From: Oligoflexales bacterium
GTDB taxonomy: Bacteria; Bdellovibrionota_B; Oligoflexia; Oligoflexales; Bog-1112
Assembly: GCA_045106415.1 (NCBI GenBank)
Contig: JBGCEP010000006.1
Coordinates: 8,687-72,686, forward strand
Direction: 5' to 3'
Length of the DNA stretch: 64,000 nucleotides
Shown here: positions 18,376 through 29,079 of the stretch, in pieces
Position numbering within the stretch: position 1 is the stretch's first letter
Layout: each line of letters begins with the position of its first letter
Notes under the pieces: generated by a model
The model's input: only the letters and a program-made list of their open reading frames with translations
Databases searched by the model: none
Told to the model about the DNA's origin: nothing
Translations under genes and position numbers: made by a program

Positions 18376-19554
18376 ATGCTGATGGTTGTTTTTGTTAAGT
18401 TTTTTACATTATTCTTTATCTTGCAGTGCAGCGGTGTTGATCTTTCTAGCGAGAGACCTTCCTCTGCTACAAAAGAGTCTTCTGTCGCTTGGGAGGTTCC
18501 AGAAAAGTCCCAGGGTACAGGTAAGATCCGTCAAAATGCTGAGTCTTTAGACAAAAAGAAAAAATTATCGAAGAAAAAAAAATCAAATAAAATTTCTGTT
18601 GTTAAAAAATTATCTAGCCAAAAGAAAAAATCATCAGAATTTGAGCAGGAAGAGAACCTTGAGCCTTTACCCCCAGCAGGGTCTCGACTAGAGATTCTAG
18701 AAGGAGTAAAGATGATTCAATTGGTTGAAATTGACAGTAATTTTTTACGTACTAAGTTGGATGAGTTTACGGGAGAGTCTCCAGTCGATATTGGAGGGCA
18801 AACTATGAGTCTAGGTGCGCGTAATAATGAACAAGGAAAGCTTTTAGCTCGGCAGTATTTGAAAGGGCAGTTTGAGGAATTAGGGTTTCAAGTCAGAGAG
18901 CATGCATATGAAAGTGGTGTCAATTTTATAGCAGAAAAAAAAGGTCTTTATGAAAACCGTTTTTTATTATTAGGAGCTCATTATGATACTGTTGCTACGG
19001 TTGGTGCCGATGATGATGCGTCTGGCGTGATTGCAAGCCTGGCAATTGCAGAGTCGATTCGAGAGAAAGATCTCCTATATGGTTTGAGGATTGTTCTTTT
19101 TGATGAAGAAGAATTAGGGCTTTTGGGGTCGAGCGCATATGTTAAAAAATTGATGCTAGATCAAGAAGAAGACTCTTTGATCGGTTCTATTGTTTTAGAA
19201 ATGCTGGGCTATGATAGTGACGACAATGGAGCGTTTCACATTGTGGATTGTTTGCAAGACCCCAGTAATCCAACAGCAGGGTCGGCTATGTTAAGTGATT
19301 TTTTGATGAAGTCAGTTGTAACACAAGGAGGAATTTTACAAAGAACAGATGCTTGCACCGATCGGAGCGATCATACAGCCTTCTGGCAAGAAAATTTACC
19401 GGCTGTTGTGGTGTCTCAAGATTTTTTTGGTGGAGACAACAATCCGTGCTATCACGATGCATGTGACCAAACAGATCGTATTAATTTTAATTACTATGAA
19501 AATCTTACAATTATGATTGGCTCTGCTGTTTCTGAACTGTTGTTGCAAGATTAA
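18376..19554 (+). CDS. M28 family aminopeptidase, probable lipoprotein
   Basis: GAHYDT, GADDDASG, FDEEELGLLGS, LEMLGY, RSDH, YHDACD; ILQC lipobox-like; Lys-rich linker. Confidence 0.9.
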   Translation: MLMVVFVKFFTLFFILQCSGVDLSSERPSSATKESSVAWEVPEKSQGTGKIRQNAESLDKKKKLSKKKKSNKISVVKKLSSQKKKSSEFEQEENLEPLPPAGSRLEILEGVKMIQLVEIDSNFLRTKLDEFTGESPVDIGGQTMSLGARNNEQGKLLARQYLKGQFEELGFQVREHAYESGVNFIAEKKGLYENRFLLLGAHYDTVATVGADDDASGVIASLAIAESIREKDLLYGLRIVLFDEEELGLLGSSAYVKKLMLDQEEDSLIGSIVLEMLGYDSDDNGAFHIVDCLQDPSNPTAGSAMLSDFLMKSVVTQGGILQRTDACTDRSDHTAFWQENLPAVVVSQDFFGGDNNPCYHDACDQTDRINFNYYENLTIMIGSAVSELLLQD

Positions 19555-19624
19555 ACACTATTTAGCTGAATGATGATGAATGCTTTTACGTCAGAAGAAG
19601 TGACGTTAGATAGGGTATGCTGTT

Positions 19625-21001
19625 CTATAAAGAAATGATGTTTGCGATCATTTTTTTTCGATATGAAAAGATTTTATCAAGCTCTTTACGAACTATAGGG
19701 TGTGGTATTTGACCAAAAGGGAAGAAGGGAAGGGAGTATTCTATTCTGTCTTCAATGAGGATACCGTCACCCATTGGTGTGAAAATGTGATTATGAAACC
19801 AGGTTTTATATGGTCCTTTTGTTTGTTCATCAACAAAACGTGATTTAGGCTCCCATGTAGAAATATGAGACTTCCATTGAAATGGAATCCCGTGCAATTT
19901 GAGAGCGTAGGTGAATCGAGTGTCTTGTTCAATATCTTTTGTAGAGCATTCGGTGATTTTAAAGCTTAACTCTTTTGGTGTTATTTTTTCTAGATTTTGA
20001 GCTGAAGACATAAAACTCCAAACCTTATCAAGAGATGCAGGAACCCATTGTTTGACTTTTAAATAATGAGCACTAGGGTGAAACCTCTCGCTTAAGAGAC
20101 TCTCTAGAGCATATTGAAAACTGGGGAGTCGAAATCGGAACTTTTCATCGTGTAGCTTTTTAGGGATGACTTTAGATCCTTCTAGCACAAGAATTGCTCG
20201 TTTACCCATGGTTGTGTAAAGCGCCAACTGTGGTGTTTTGAGCCAAGAAGGACTTGCGGTGTGCTCACAAAGAGCATGGTGGAATTCAGTGTTTGTGATG
20301 TTGTCTGGTGCGACTGCGTTATAAGGGCCAACCATGTTTGAATTTTCAAGAGCTGTTGTGAATATGTTGCAAAGGTCCTGAATGTGAATCCAGTTCATCC
20401 ATTGCTCACCATGTCCAAGTTGTGCTCCAACTCCAGAACTATAAATATCCCACAGCTGAGGGAAAGCGCCTCCCTCCCACCCAAGGACCAAGCCAATGCG
20501 AATGGTTACAAGTCGAGATATAGAGCTGAGCTCTTCTGTCGCTTTTTCCCAAGCGATGCATGTTTCCGCTAAAAACCCTTCTCCGCAATCAGAATTTTCA
20601 GATTTTTCTTCAGTGGGTTGTCGTCCTTGGTAGAAACCAACGGCAGAAGCTTGAACAATGACTTCAGGTTTTGTCTTTTGCTTCTTGAGAGCCATTTTAA
20701 TAGCTGTTACAGAGTCTAGGCGAGAGCTAAGAATGGATTGTTTGTAGGATGAGCTCCAGCGTCGATCAAAAATGGGTTGCCCAACAAGATTAACGATTCC
20801 ATGAACTCCTTGAATAGCATCTTCCGGAATGTGTGTTCCGTCCCACTGAAAAAGCTCGCATGGAAATGAAAGCTGATTTTGATAACGTTGAGTAGAACGT
20901 GTGAGGATTCGAATAGTGTGTTTTTGTATGACGAGTTGTTCGCATACGGCTTGTCCAACAAAACCTGTTCCACCCATGACAAGAAAAATTTTATTTTTCA
21001 T
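19625..21001 (-). CDS. TIGR01777-family NAD-dependent epimerase fused to an SRPBCC domain
   Basis: GGTGFVG, ASAVGFY, FLAETCIAWE, WIHIQD; C-terminal NLEKITP...FVDEQTKGPY..W.H.H.F...IFSYR. Confidence 0.9.
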   Translation of the reverse strand: MKNKIFLVMGGTGFVGQAVCEQLVIQKHTIRILTRSTQRYQNQLSFPCELFQWDGTHIPEDAIQGVHGIVNLVGQPIFDRRWSSSYKQSILSSRLDSVTAIKMALKKQKTKPEVIVQASAVGFYQGRQPTEEKSENSDCGEGFLAETCIAWEKATEELSSISRLVTIRIGLVLGWEGGAFPQLWDIYSSGVGAQLGHGEQWMNWIHIQDLCNIFTTALENSNMVGPYNAVAPDNITNTEFHHALCEHTASPSWLKTPQLALYTTMGKRAILVLEGSKVIPKKLHDEKFRFRLPSFQYALESLLSERFHPSAHYLKVKQWVPASLDKVWSFMSSAQNLEKITPKELSFKITECSTKDIEQDTRFTYALKLHGIPFQWKSHISTWEPKSRFVDEQTKGPYKTWFHNHIFTPMGDGILIEDRIEYSLPFFPFGQIPHPIVRKELDKIFSYRKKMIANIISL

Positions 21002-21138
21002 AATAAGGCTTTCTATAAATTTTGAAAATATTCGAGTTTTATTTCCAAACTGTTTAACTTAATGAAGGCTGTATTAAAAGACTGTGTCTTTAGTGATTAT
21101 AAGAAAATTGTTGCTCAGTGTCATGGTTTTGAATTTTT

Positions 21139-21166
21139 TAAAGTTTTTATTATCAACATCCGATAA
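21139..21166 (+). promoter_or_regulatory. sigma28 (FliA)-like promoter
   Basis: TAAAGTTT-N12-TCCGATAA, near the consensus, upstream of the GH5 gene. Confidence 0.65.
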
Positions 21167-21195
21167 GAGTTTGCTACTGTATAAAGGTTTTAAAG

Positions 21196-22428
21196 ATGCG
21201 TTGTTTAAAAATGTCTATTATCTTGTTTTCTTTGATTTCTTGCCAAAAATCAACACAACATAAAGGTCATCTTCCTGCTGGTTCCTCAGATCACGAGGTT
21301 GTTTACTGCTCCAGCCGTGCTGGTAACCAACAAAGTCAATTTTGTCCGGATGTTGAGAATTCTCAGGCCCAAGACCAAATTGTTGAAAAATTTGGTAGTA
21401 AAGACCAACAAGGAAATAAAAATTCAGGCAGATCTCAAAGGGAAAGCACTCAAAATCAAGATGAAAGAGTTATAAAAAATGATAACTTAAGCAGTGCTTC
21501 ACAGAACGTGGGCAATAGACTTTTTGTATGCGGGACTAAAATATGTAATGCACAAAATGAACCAGTGCAACTTAGGGGGATGAGCACGCACGGTATTCAG
21601 TGGTTTTCTCAATGTGTTACGAAAGACTCTATTGCAGTGATTGCCAATGACTGGGGTGCCAATGTCTTTCGGATTGCTATGTACATTCAAGAAGAAGGTT
21701 ATGAGACAGATCCTGAAAAATTTTATCTTCAGGTTGAAGAGTATGTTGAATACGCTACAGATTTAGGTTTATACGTGATCATCGATTGGCACATATTGAC
21801 TCCTGGTGACCCTAATTTTAATACAGAACTTGCAAAAGATTTTTTTGATAGAGTTTCGAAGAAATATAAAGACTACGATAATATTCTTTATGAAATTGCC
21901 AATGAACCTAATGGTGATGATGTAACTTGGGGTCGAATTAAAAACTATGCTGACCAAATAATTCCTGTGATTCGAGCTAATGATAGTGAGGCAATTATTA
22001 TTGTCGGCACCCCTGGTTGGTCGTCTTTAGGTGTTTCTGGTGGTGGTGGTACTGAAACTTATATGGAAATTGTTAATAATAAAATAAATGATGATCAAGT
22101 GATGTATACGTTTCATTTTTATGCGGCATCTCACGGAGATTTGTACCGAGAAGTTTTAGATAAAGCAAAAAACGTGCTGCCCTTATTCGTTACAGAGTTT
22201 GGGACAACTCCAGCGAGTGGAGAAGGAGCCCCTGATCTAGAAAGTACGGAAAAATGGCTGGACCTGTTGGATCAGAGTCAAATAAGCTGGTTGAACTGGA
22301 CGTATTCAGATCACGAAGAAGAATCCGCGGCCTTTATACCAGGGACATGTCAGCAAAAGAGCTGGGCTGACAAGAATCAGCTGAAACCATCAGGCAAGAA
22401 AATTGTGGATCGTCTACTGAACCAGTAG
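21196..22428 (+). CDS. GH5 endoglucanase (cellulase), lipoprotein
   Basis: LRGMSTHGIQW, IIDWH, YEIANEP (acid/base), FHFYA, FVTEFG (nucleophile); lipobox LISC. Confidence 0.92.
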   Translation: MRCLKMSIILFSLISCQKSTQHKGHLPAGSSDHEVVYCSSRAGNQQSQFCPDVENSQAQDQIVEKFGSKDQQGNKNSGRSQRESTQNQDERVIKNDNLSSASQNVGNRLFVCGTKICNAQNEPVQLRGMSTHGIQWFSQCVTKDSIAVIANDWGANVFRIAMYIQEEGYETDPEKFYLQVEEYVEYATDLGLYVIIDWHILTPGDPNFNTELAKDFFDRVSKKYKDYDNILYEIANEPNGDDVTWGRIKNYADQIIPVIRANDSEAIIIVGTPGWSSLGVSGGGGTETYMEIVNNKINDDQVMYTFHFYAASHGDLYREVLDKAKNVLPLFVTEFGTTPASGEGAPDLESTEKWLDLLDQSQISWLNWTYSDHEEESAAFIPGTCQQKSWADKNQLKPSGKKIVDRLLNQ

Positions 22429-22441
22429 TTATGTTTTTATA

Positions 22442-22489
22442 AAAAAACTACTGTTGGCACTTTCTTCACGAGGACAACAGTAGTTTTTT
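22442..22489. terminator. Bidirectional terminator-like inverted repeat
   Basis: AAAAAACTACTGTTG...CAACAGTAGTTTTTT between convergent genes. Confidence 0.7.
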
Positions 22490-22500
22490 AGGATTAAGCT

Positions 22501-23910
22501 TTATTTTTCCAGATTTAAAATCGCTTTTTGAATTGCAGAAGCAGCCCATTCGACTTGATCTTCATTGATCGTGAGTGCAGGGGTGAGCATAAGCTTGCCT
22601 TTACGACCCATGGTTATGACTTGGTGGCGATCAGCAAGCTCTGATTTTAGTTTAGCGAATTTATCGTTTGACCAGAGCTCTCCAGAAGGTTCACGGAGTT
22701 CGATGACCATAAGTAAACCTTTATGTCTGATGACAGCATTAGTAGCTGTGTCTTCAAGATAGGTTTCAATTTTTTCTTTCAGAAGATCACCCATAAGGTT
22801 GGCGTTTGCGTATAGGAGATCTCCTTTTTTTTCGAAGGCTTCAAGAACAGCAATTGCTGCCGCACTATCACTGAGAGGAGCGAAAAAAGTCAGGCCAAAG
22901 TCCATAGCTTCGTCATCATAGATGTCTGCAAAATCAGGGCTAATGATAACATAACCAAGAGAGCCTTCTCCGTTTGTAATAGCCTTTGCTCCTAGAACAA
23001 TGGAAGGTTTTAGGCCTGAGTGAGAAATGCCAAAACGGTCGCCTGTTCGTCCAAATCCTGTATAAGTTTCGTCGTCCACGATTGGGATGTCGTGTTTTTT
23101 GGCATATTCGAAGAGTTCGGTGAGGTATTTTTTAGAAAGATGATAACCACCTGATGTTGCAGTGTAGCCTCCGCCTTCAAGGTGAATCGCGGTGAATTTT
23201 TCAGGGCCGATAGACTCAATCTTCTCAATCATAGGGTGCGAAGATGTTTCAACACCTCCTGCTTGTGGATGATCGATATGGATGACAGAATTTGAGCAGT
23301 GAGATGAAAAAGCTGACCTGCGATCAGCTTCTCCTGTGATGCGAGCTGGTAGCATACTTGATGCTCCAGAGTAGCCTTGTGAAATAGCTGCTATTAAATT
23401 CCCGCGAGAAGGGTCTTTTTTCTGTATAGCTCTTCTGACGATGCTATATGCTGCTTCTACTGCGTTGTTGCCGCCAAGGGTGAAAAAACAACGTCCTGTA
23501 TTTTCGATAGGTGAATAGCATAGAAGGCGTGAATTTAACTCATGACGAAGAGGGTGATCTACATCTGATTGAAGATGGAGCAGGCCGCTGGACCTTTGCG
23601 TATTGACAGCGTTCTCAACCCCAGAATATCTTCTTCCCAAATTGATCGATCCATAGCCAGCAGTCATATCAAGATGATTAACGCCGGTATTTGACATTAA
23701 AGTGAGACCTTCTCCTTGGATAAAGTGAGTTCGGGTGAGGTATCGGGATTCAATAGGGAATTGTTTGGCCCACGGTACGAGAGGTCCAGCTGTTTTCGTA
23801 ATTAAAGATGCCATTTTTGATACCAGTGACTTAGGTGTGGCTGATAATGATGCGGGAAAAAACTCTATGAGAGCGAAAAAAAAGAAAATTTTATAAAAAC
23901 ATTGTCTCAT
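22501..23910 (-). CDS. Class III PLP aminotransferase with an N-terminal signal-peptide-like segment
   Basis: HLDMTAG, DDETYTGFGRTG, GAKAITNG, LTPALTI; start moved to ATG 23910 after a GGAG RBS. Confidence 0.85.
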   Translation of the reverse strand: MRQCFYKIFFFFALIEFFPASLSATPKSLVSKMASLITKTAGPLVPWAKQFPIESRYLTRTHFIQGEGLTLMSNTGVNHLDMTAGYGSINLGRRYSGVENAVNTQRSSGLLHLQSDVDHPLRHELNSRLLCYSPIENTGRCFFTLGGNNAVEAAYSIVRRAIQKKDPSRGNLIAAISQGYSGASSMLPARITGEADRRSAFSSHCSNSVIHIDHPQAGGVETSSHPMIEKIESIGPEKFTAIHLEGGGYTATSGGYHLSKKYLTELFEYAKKHDIPIVDDETYTGFGRTGDRFGISHSGLKPSIVLGAKAITNGEGSLGYVIISPDFADIYDDEAMDFGLTFFAPLSDSAAAIAVLEAFEKKGDLLYANANLMGDLLKEKIETYLEDTATNAVIRHKGLLMVIELREPSGELWSNDKFAKLKSELADRHQVITMGRKGKLMLTPALTINEDQVEWAASAIQKAILNLEK

Positions 23911-24189
23911 GGAAGTCTCCAGTGAAGTGATGCACAGATGCGCAATTCTGCCATGAAAAATGAAAATAACAATGAAAAAATGAAAAGTGACTGTGTTTGT
24001 CAAGAGCTTTTTACTTTTATGAGGCGTGATTTTGATATTTGATCGAGTTTAACTTATGGGGCTGCAGCTGCTGACTTAAAACCTATTCATTGACATTCTT
24101 CATAGATCTTACTTCAACTTTTTTTGTTGATTGTCTCATTTAACGCAATGTATAGCCTTCTGAAAACAATGATTGAGGTTGTTTTAATA

Positions 24190-24720
24190 TTTGTTTTTAT
24201 TGGAAAAGCAACCATAATGCTCTAGTTAGGGGTTTTTGTCTCAACTATGAGAAGGTGGAATCGATGCGTTATATTGATTCTCAGTTATCAGGCAGCCGCC
24301 AACGTTATACATGAGAAAACTTCAATCTTTTATGGGATATTCAACGACTCAAGAAAACAGAGTTCGAGTCGGATATGCGAGAGTACCTTGTTGGGGCCAG
24401 AAAATGGATCTTGAGCTTCAATCTGAATGCTTAAAGGCTCATTTGAAGTCTTCTTTAGCCTCAGAATTTGAAGTCATTTGTGCTTTAGAATCCGGCGTGA
24501 GCTTTAAAAAGAAAGGTCTTAATAAGCTTATCAATTGGATTTTGAGTGAGAAGGTTGAACCTACGATGATCACCGATAAGGATCGTTTGTTAAAATGTGG
24601 AAGTGAGTTCTTGTTTAAGATTTGAGTTGGTTTAAAAAGTAAGACGTTGAGTGAAAGGTTCTGAATCATTTTGAGATATTCAAGCAGTATCAAGATTGTA
24701 TTTTTAAATCAGATCTTTTT
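24190..24720 (+). pseudogene. IS607-family serine recombinase (TnpA) remnant
   Basis: VGYARV...QKMDLELQ, ESGVSFKKKGLNKLI, ITDKDRLLKCGSE; catalytic Ser replaced (YARVP); broken MerR-like HTH (STMRRW) upstream; premature stop at 24625; boundaries approximate. Confidence 0.85.
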
Positions 24721-24756
24721 AGAAAGAAATCTCTAAATCATTTTCATTTTCATTTT

Positions 24757-25425
24757 TCAATTCAATTCAATTTTTGGAAGGCACTCAATATTGATTCGAG
24801 TGCTTGGTAGATGCATATAAATGATTTCATCGCCAGATATTAACCCATCCATGATAAAGCAAATTTCTGATTCTTTTTCATGTTGAAAACTCATTTGTAG
24901 ATGAATAACCTCAACGGGATTTGTACATATATCAAGGATGAGATTTTCTTGACAGTTTCCTTCGAGTGAGCACTCAAAGGTCTCATCAAGGCACCCATGA
25001 ACATGATCTTGGTGGATGCTTTTTGCGAATGAACTTTTATTTCTTTTTCCTACGAAGCTTTCAAATATTTTGTTTTTTTCCAAATAAGATTTAATCAGAA
25101 GAGGGAGCTGTTCTTCTGGGTCTGAGTCAGAGTCATTGACGTGAGAGATAAAAACACCGCTTTCGGTATTGACCTCTATGTCTTCTTGGTCTGATATTTC
25201 ATCGCCAGCAGCAAGTAAAAAATCTTGGTTGACTTGAAAATCACCAGCTGATGCAAAGTTTTGTTGAGAAACTGTAGCGTCGAAGCTTTGATCTTTGCTG
25301 ATGTCTTCATCGAGTTGAGAGATTTCAATTGTCTTGTCAATAGGAACCTCAGGGTTATTTGGGCGCCTTTGGTTTTGACCACACGCTAGAAAAAATAGTG
25401 AAAAAAATGGGACATAGAACTTCAC
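24757..25425 (-). CDS. Hypothetical lipoprotein
   Basis: Lipobox FLAC; GAGG RBS; acidic N-terminal region and Cys-rich C-terminal region. Confidence 0.7.
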   Translation of the reverse strand: MKFYVPFFSLFFLACGQNQRRPNNPEVPIDKTIEISQLDEDISKDQSFDATVSQQNFASAGDFQVNQDFLLAAGDEISDQEDIEVNTESGVFISHVNDSDSDPEEQLPLLIKSYLEKNKIFESFVGKRNKSSFAKSIHQDHVHGCLDETFECSLEGNCQENLILDICTNPVEVIHLQMSFQHEKESEICFIMDGLISGDEIIYMHLPSTRINIECLPKIELN

Positions 25426-25559
25426 GAAGGCCCTCCTCTAGTCATGGCTTCGAAACCCACCTGATAAAGCTATCGACTTTTATGGGCAAAAGAAAAAACT
25501 AGAGAGGTCTTTTCTTTTTTATCTTGTTTTTTTGAATAGTTATGCAGCAACTGAAAACT

Positions 25560-27428
25560 TTAGCTCTCAGAAGGGGGATAGTCGCAGGCTTTTTTGTCTG
25601 TGTGAACACGGACGAGATAAGGGTTTGACCAGTTCGTAGCACGGGGGACGAAGCGACAATCGAAAAGAAAGGTTTTTTGGTTCCGGCTATAAACCTTAAG
25701 GTGATGAGGCTGTCCAAAAGACACATGATCCATGGCTAAGGGAGGCACTCCTGCAGACATCCCGTTATCGAGCTCAACCCAAACGTTGGCTTTTCCTCTT
25801 GCTATGACTTTCACTGGGGCTGTTTTTGTTTGCAGAGGTGTAAGGGTTAAGTTTTTACGTAAAGTACCCTCGTCGGGAGTTTGAAGAGTCATTGTTTCAG
25901 GTAAAAATCCTTCTCGACGAATTGTGAGGTTATAACGCTCATTCCCTTCAAGTGGAATGGACCGCCCATCGCTTGTGTCAAGGTAGCGCCCTCCAAACAG
26001 GGCTTTTCCGTCAATACGAACCTGAACTCTGGATGGCTTTGTTCTTAAAATAAGAGTTGATCCTGTATTGTTATAAAATTTAGCAGGGACGTTTAAGAAA
26101 AGAGCGACAGCAGCGGCGGCGGCAATCATGAATAGCAAAGTGGGTAGGGAGCTCGACTGTCTTTGGTTTCTGTGTTGAGGATAATGAGGGTGTTTTTGAT
26201 GTTGAACAACCTTAGGGCGAGGGTTTTGATGTCCATGTATTGATTTTTGTTGTGTGTTTCTTGAGTGTGGTTGCTGTTGGTGTTGGGATGGTGTTGAAAG
26301 TAATGAAAAGTCAACAGGTTGACCTTGAAGAGGCAGCTGTCCGGATTTTGGTGTGTGCTGTGCGTGCGGTGATTGCACGGAGTGTTGAGATGCTGTTGCC
26401 ATTGTTGGGGTGTAACGTTGAGTTTGATCTTGTTGTCCAGATCCTAATCCTGGATCCCCTGTTGCTGGATCGAGGGCTTGCCTAATGTCTGTTTTTGCTG
26501 CGTCTATTTTTTGTTTCATGAGATCGTGCAAAAAAGACCTTAGGTCGTCAGGAGTGAAGTTAGCGTGATGTTTAGCTAGATAGCGAGTGAGTGTGTTTGC
26601 AAACTCACTCGCGCTGCGATAACGGTCAGCCATATGTTGTTGAAGACCTTTACGGACTATCATCTCAAGTTCTGGGTCAATATCAGGATTTAGTGCTGAG
26701 AGGCTGTCTGGAATGGTACAGTTTTTGACGAGTTGAATGGTGGCAACTTCACTTTCTCCGTGAAAAAGCCGCTTCATAGATAAGGTTTCCCATAAAACAA
26801 CGGCGAGAGCAAAGATATCTGAGCGAGCATCAAGAGGTCGAGCTGAAATTTGCTCCGGGCTCATATAACTATATTTTCCTTTGACGATTCCTGGTTTTGT
26901 TTCAGTGAGTTTTGAGCTTGCAGCTGCAATCCCAAAGTCAGTGATTTTTGCTTCACCCTCATAGGAAATTAAAATGTTTTGTGGTGAGATATCTCGGTGA
27001 ATAATCCCTAAAGGGTGACCGCTTAAGTCATCCACTTTTGTATGAGCGTAATGAAGACCTCGAGCTGCTTCAGCAATAAGATAGGCTGCCATTGCTGTGC
27101 TCAGTCTTCGGCCTTTTCTTTCGCATTCAGATAAAATAGAACGTAAGTCTGAACCGTTGATAAACTCCATTATGATGCCATAAGATCCCTCAACTTGTTC
27201 GAAGCTTTCAATGCCAACGATGTTGACATGATTGAGGCGTTTTCCAATATGCGCTTCGTCTCTGAACATTTCAACGAACTCAGCGTCCTCACTATAATGA
27301 GGGAGAATTCTTTTTACACAGCACAGCCTTCTAAATCCGTCTTGACCGACTTGGATGGCAAGAAATATCTCAGCCATACCCCCTCGAGCAATACGTTTGT
27401 GCAATATGTATCGTGACGCTGCCCCCAA
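25560..27428 (-). CDS. Membrane Ser/Thr protein kinase (myxobacterial type) with extracytoplasmic PEGA-like domains
   Basis: IARGGMAEIF, HRDISPQNILI, DFG, GKYSYMSPEQ; Q/H/P-rich linker, TM helix, PEGA-like LTIRREGF; start moved to TTG 27428 after GGAAGGAG. Confidence 0.9.
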   Translation of the reverse strand: MGAASRYILHKRIARGGMAEIFLAIQVGQDGFRRLCCVKRILPHYSEDAEFVEMFRDEAHIGKRLNHVNIVGIESFEQVEGSYGIIMEFINGSDLRSILSECERKGRRLSTAMAAYLIAEAARGLHYAHTKVDDLSGHPLGIIHRDISPQNILISYEGEAKITDFGIAAASSKLTETKPGIVKGKYSYMSPEQISARPLDARSDIFALAVVLWETLSMKRLFHGESEVATIQLVKNCTIPDSLSALNPDIDPELEMIVRKGLQQHMADRYRSASEFANTLTRYLAKHHANFTPDDLRSFLHDLMKQKIDAAKTDIRQALDPATGDPGLGSGQQDQTQRYTPTMATASQHSVQSPHAQHTPKSGQLPLQGQPVDFSLLSTPSQHQQQPHSRNTQQKSIHGHQNPRPKVVQHQKHPHYPQHRNQRQSSSLPTLLFMIAAAAAVALFLNVPAKFYNNTGSTLILRTKPSRVQVRIDGKALFGGRYLDTSDGRSIPLEGNERYNLTIRREGFLPETMTLQTPDEGTLRKNLTLTPLQTKTAPVKVIARGKANVWVELDNGMSAGVPPLAMDHVSFGQPHHLKVYSRNQKTFLFDCRFVPRATNWSNPYLVRVHTDKKACDYPPSES

Positions 27429-27528
27429 AGGAGGACTCCTTCCAATCAATGATCTTTTAATACTCTTTTCGTTTCGGAATTTTTGCCAGAAGGATGTAGT
27501 ATCGGATCCTGAGTTTGACGGGAGAAGA

Positions 27529-28143
27529 ATGTTGGGGCGTTTTATTACAGTTGAAGGCGGAGAAGGGGTTGGTAAATCTCTATTCTGCAAAAAAATAGAA
27601 AAACACTTGAATAAAAAGGGTGTTGAAACCCTCTTGACTAGAGAGCCAGGAGGGGGCCCTTTGGGTGCGGATGTCCGAAAATGGCTGCAAGACCCAAATT
27701 TAAACCCTTCCTCAAAAACCGAGTTGTTGCTCGTGTCGGCTGCAAGAATTGAGCATATTCGTCAATTGATTTTACCATTTGTTGAAAAAAATGGAGTGGT
27801 GATCTGTGATCGCTATATGGATTCAACTCGAATTTATCAAGGAGTCCTCGGAGGGGTTGACACTGTTTGGGTTGAAAGCGTGATTCAACAAACCATTCAA
27901 GGTCTTGAGCCCGAGGTTACATTCTTGCTTGATTGTCCTGTTGATATCGCCATGAAACGAATGGAATCTCGAGGGTGTGGCAAATCAAGGTTTGATGCTC
28001 AAAGTGCAGAACAACATGAATGTATCCGGCAAGGGTTTTTGGATTTAGCGCATCAATATAGTTCAAGAATCAAGCTTATTGATGCTTCTCGGAGTCCTGA
28101 ATACACTTTAGCGCAAGCTGTTGCTCATTTGGAGGTGTTATGA
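27529..28143 (+). CDS. tmk: Thymidylate kinase
   Basis: FITVEGGEGVGKS, TREPGG, ICDRYMDST..YQG; ATG 27529 after GGAG. Confidence 0.95.
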   Translation: MLGRFITVEGGEGVGKSLFCKKIEKHLNKKGVETLLTREPGGGPLGADVRKWLQDPNLNPSSKTELLLVSAARIEHIRQLILPFVEKNGVVICDRYMDSTRIYQGVLGGVDTVWVESVIQQTIQGLEPEVTFLLDCPVDIAMKRMESRGCGKSRFDAQSAEQHECIRQGFLDLAHQYSSRIKLIDASRSPEYTLAQAVAHLEVL

Positions 28144-29078
28144 AAACGCTCGATTGGCGGTCTTTGTCCGGCTACGGTGATGTATTGCGTCGTTGGCAGA
28201 AAATGTTGAACTCAGGGTTTTGTCCTAGCGTTTTACTTCTTTCAGGCAGAGAAGGGACTGGTAAGTCATTGCTTATGAGAGCCATGATAGCTTTTGCGTT
28301 GTGTGAAAAGAAAATAGGGTGTGGAAGCTGTGTTGAATGTCAACGAGTCTTGCTCGGTGAGCACAGTGAAATGCTTTGGCTGGACTCAGGTGAAGAGCCG
28401 TTGAAAGTTGCTGATGCAGAAAAAATGAGAGGACACTTTGCTTATTATTCAAGTCGTCGTCGCAAACGCGCTGTTGGTATTGTTGATATCGACCTTATGA
28501 CGCATCAAGGAGTTAATGGCTTATTAAAAACTTTAGAAGAGCCGCCTGAGGATGCTTTGATTGTTATGACGACAAGCCGTTTGATTTCACTACTCCCAAC
28601 GTTGCGATCAAGAGCAACAACCTGGCATCTTCACCCCCCTCAATGGGTAGATGTGAGGCATCTGGTTTTAGAAAAAGCTATGAAACATGTGGAAGAAAGA
28701 GTTTTAGAAGGTTACTTTCATCAAACAGGTTACTCTGTTGGGAGTACTTTAAAGCTTGTTCATCAAGAAGATGACGCCCTGAAAAGGGATGTCGTTGATT
28801 TTTTAGAGGCAGAAACATTAAAACAGGCGTGGGAAGTTCTTCAACGCTCGAATATAGGGAAGCAACGAACCTTTGATTTGATTCGCAGAATTGAGTATGA
28901 CATGAATGCTCTTTATCGTTCAGAGGGCGATCGGAAACGGGTGCAGACAAGCCTTGTGAAACGTCGTAGACTTTTACAAGATTATAAAAAGCATATGAGT
29001 GGTCGACATCATAGCTTGAATACTCAGCTTTTTGCAGAGGGAGTTGTTTTGTCGCCGCTGCAATATAGAGGGAATTAG
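28140..29078 (+). CDS. holB: DNA polymerase III subunit delta'
   Basis: GREGTGKS, C..CGSCVEC zinc motif, NGLLKTLEEPP, LLPTLRSR; follows tmk. Confidence 0.88.
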   Translation: MKTLDWRSLSGYGDVLRRWQKMLNSGFCPSVLLLSGREGTGKSLLMRAMIAFALCEKKIGCGSCVECQRVLLGEHSEMLWLDSGEEPLKVADAEKMRGHFAYYSSRRRKRAVGIVDIDLMTHQGVNGLLKTLEEPPEDALIVMTTSRLISLLPTLRSRATTWHLHPPQWVDVRHLVLEKAMKHVEERVLEGYFHQTGYSVGSTLKLVHQEDDALKRDVVDFLEAETLKQAWEVLQRSNIGKQRTFDLIRRIEYDMNALYRSEGDRKRVQTSLVKRRRLLQDYKKHMSGRHHSLNTQLFAEGVVLSPLQYRGN

Positions 29079-29079
29079 A

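Noticed and set aside
18254..18400. tRNA-Leu as an integration site for an island or prophage
   Set aside because: No integrase nearby and no duplicated tRNA 3' end seen elsewhere in the window
19625..21001. TIGR01777-SRPBCC fusion as a novelty
   Set aside because: This fusion architecture is already known in other bacteria
27355..27590. Apparent 236-bp head-to-head overlap of the kinase and tmk ORFs
   Set aside because: RBS-supported starts at 27428 (kinase, TTG) and 27529 (tmk, ATG) remove the overlap
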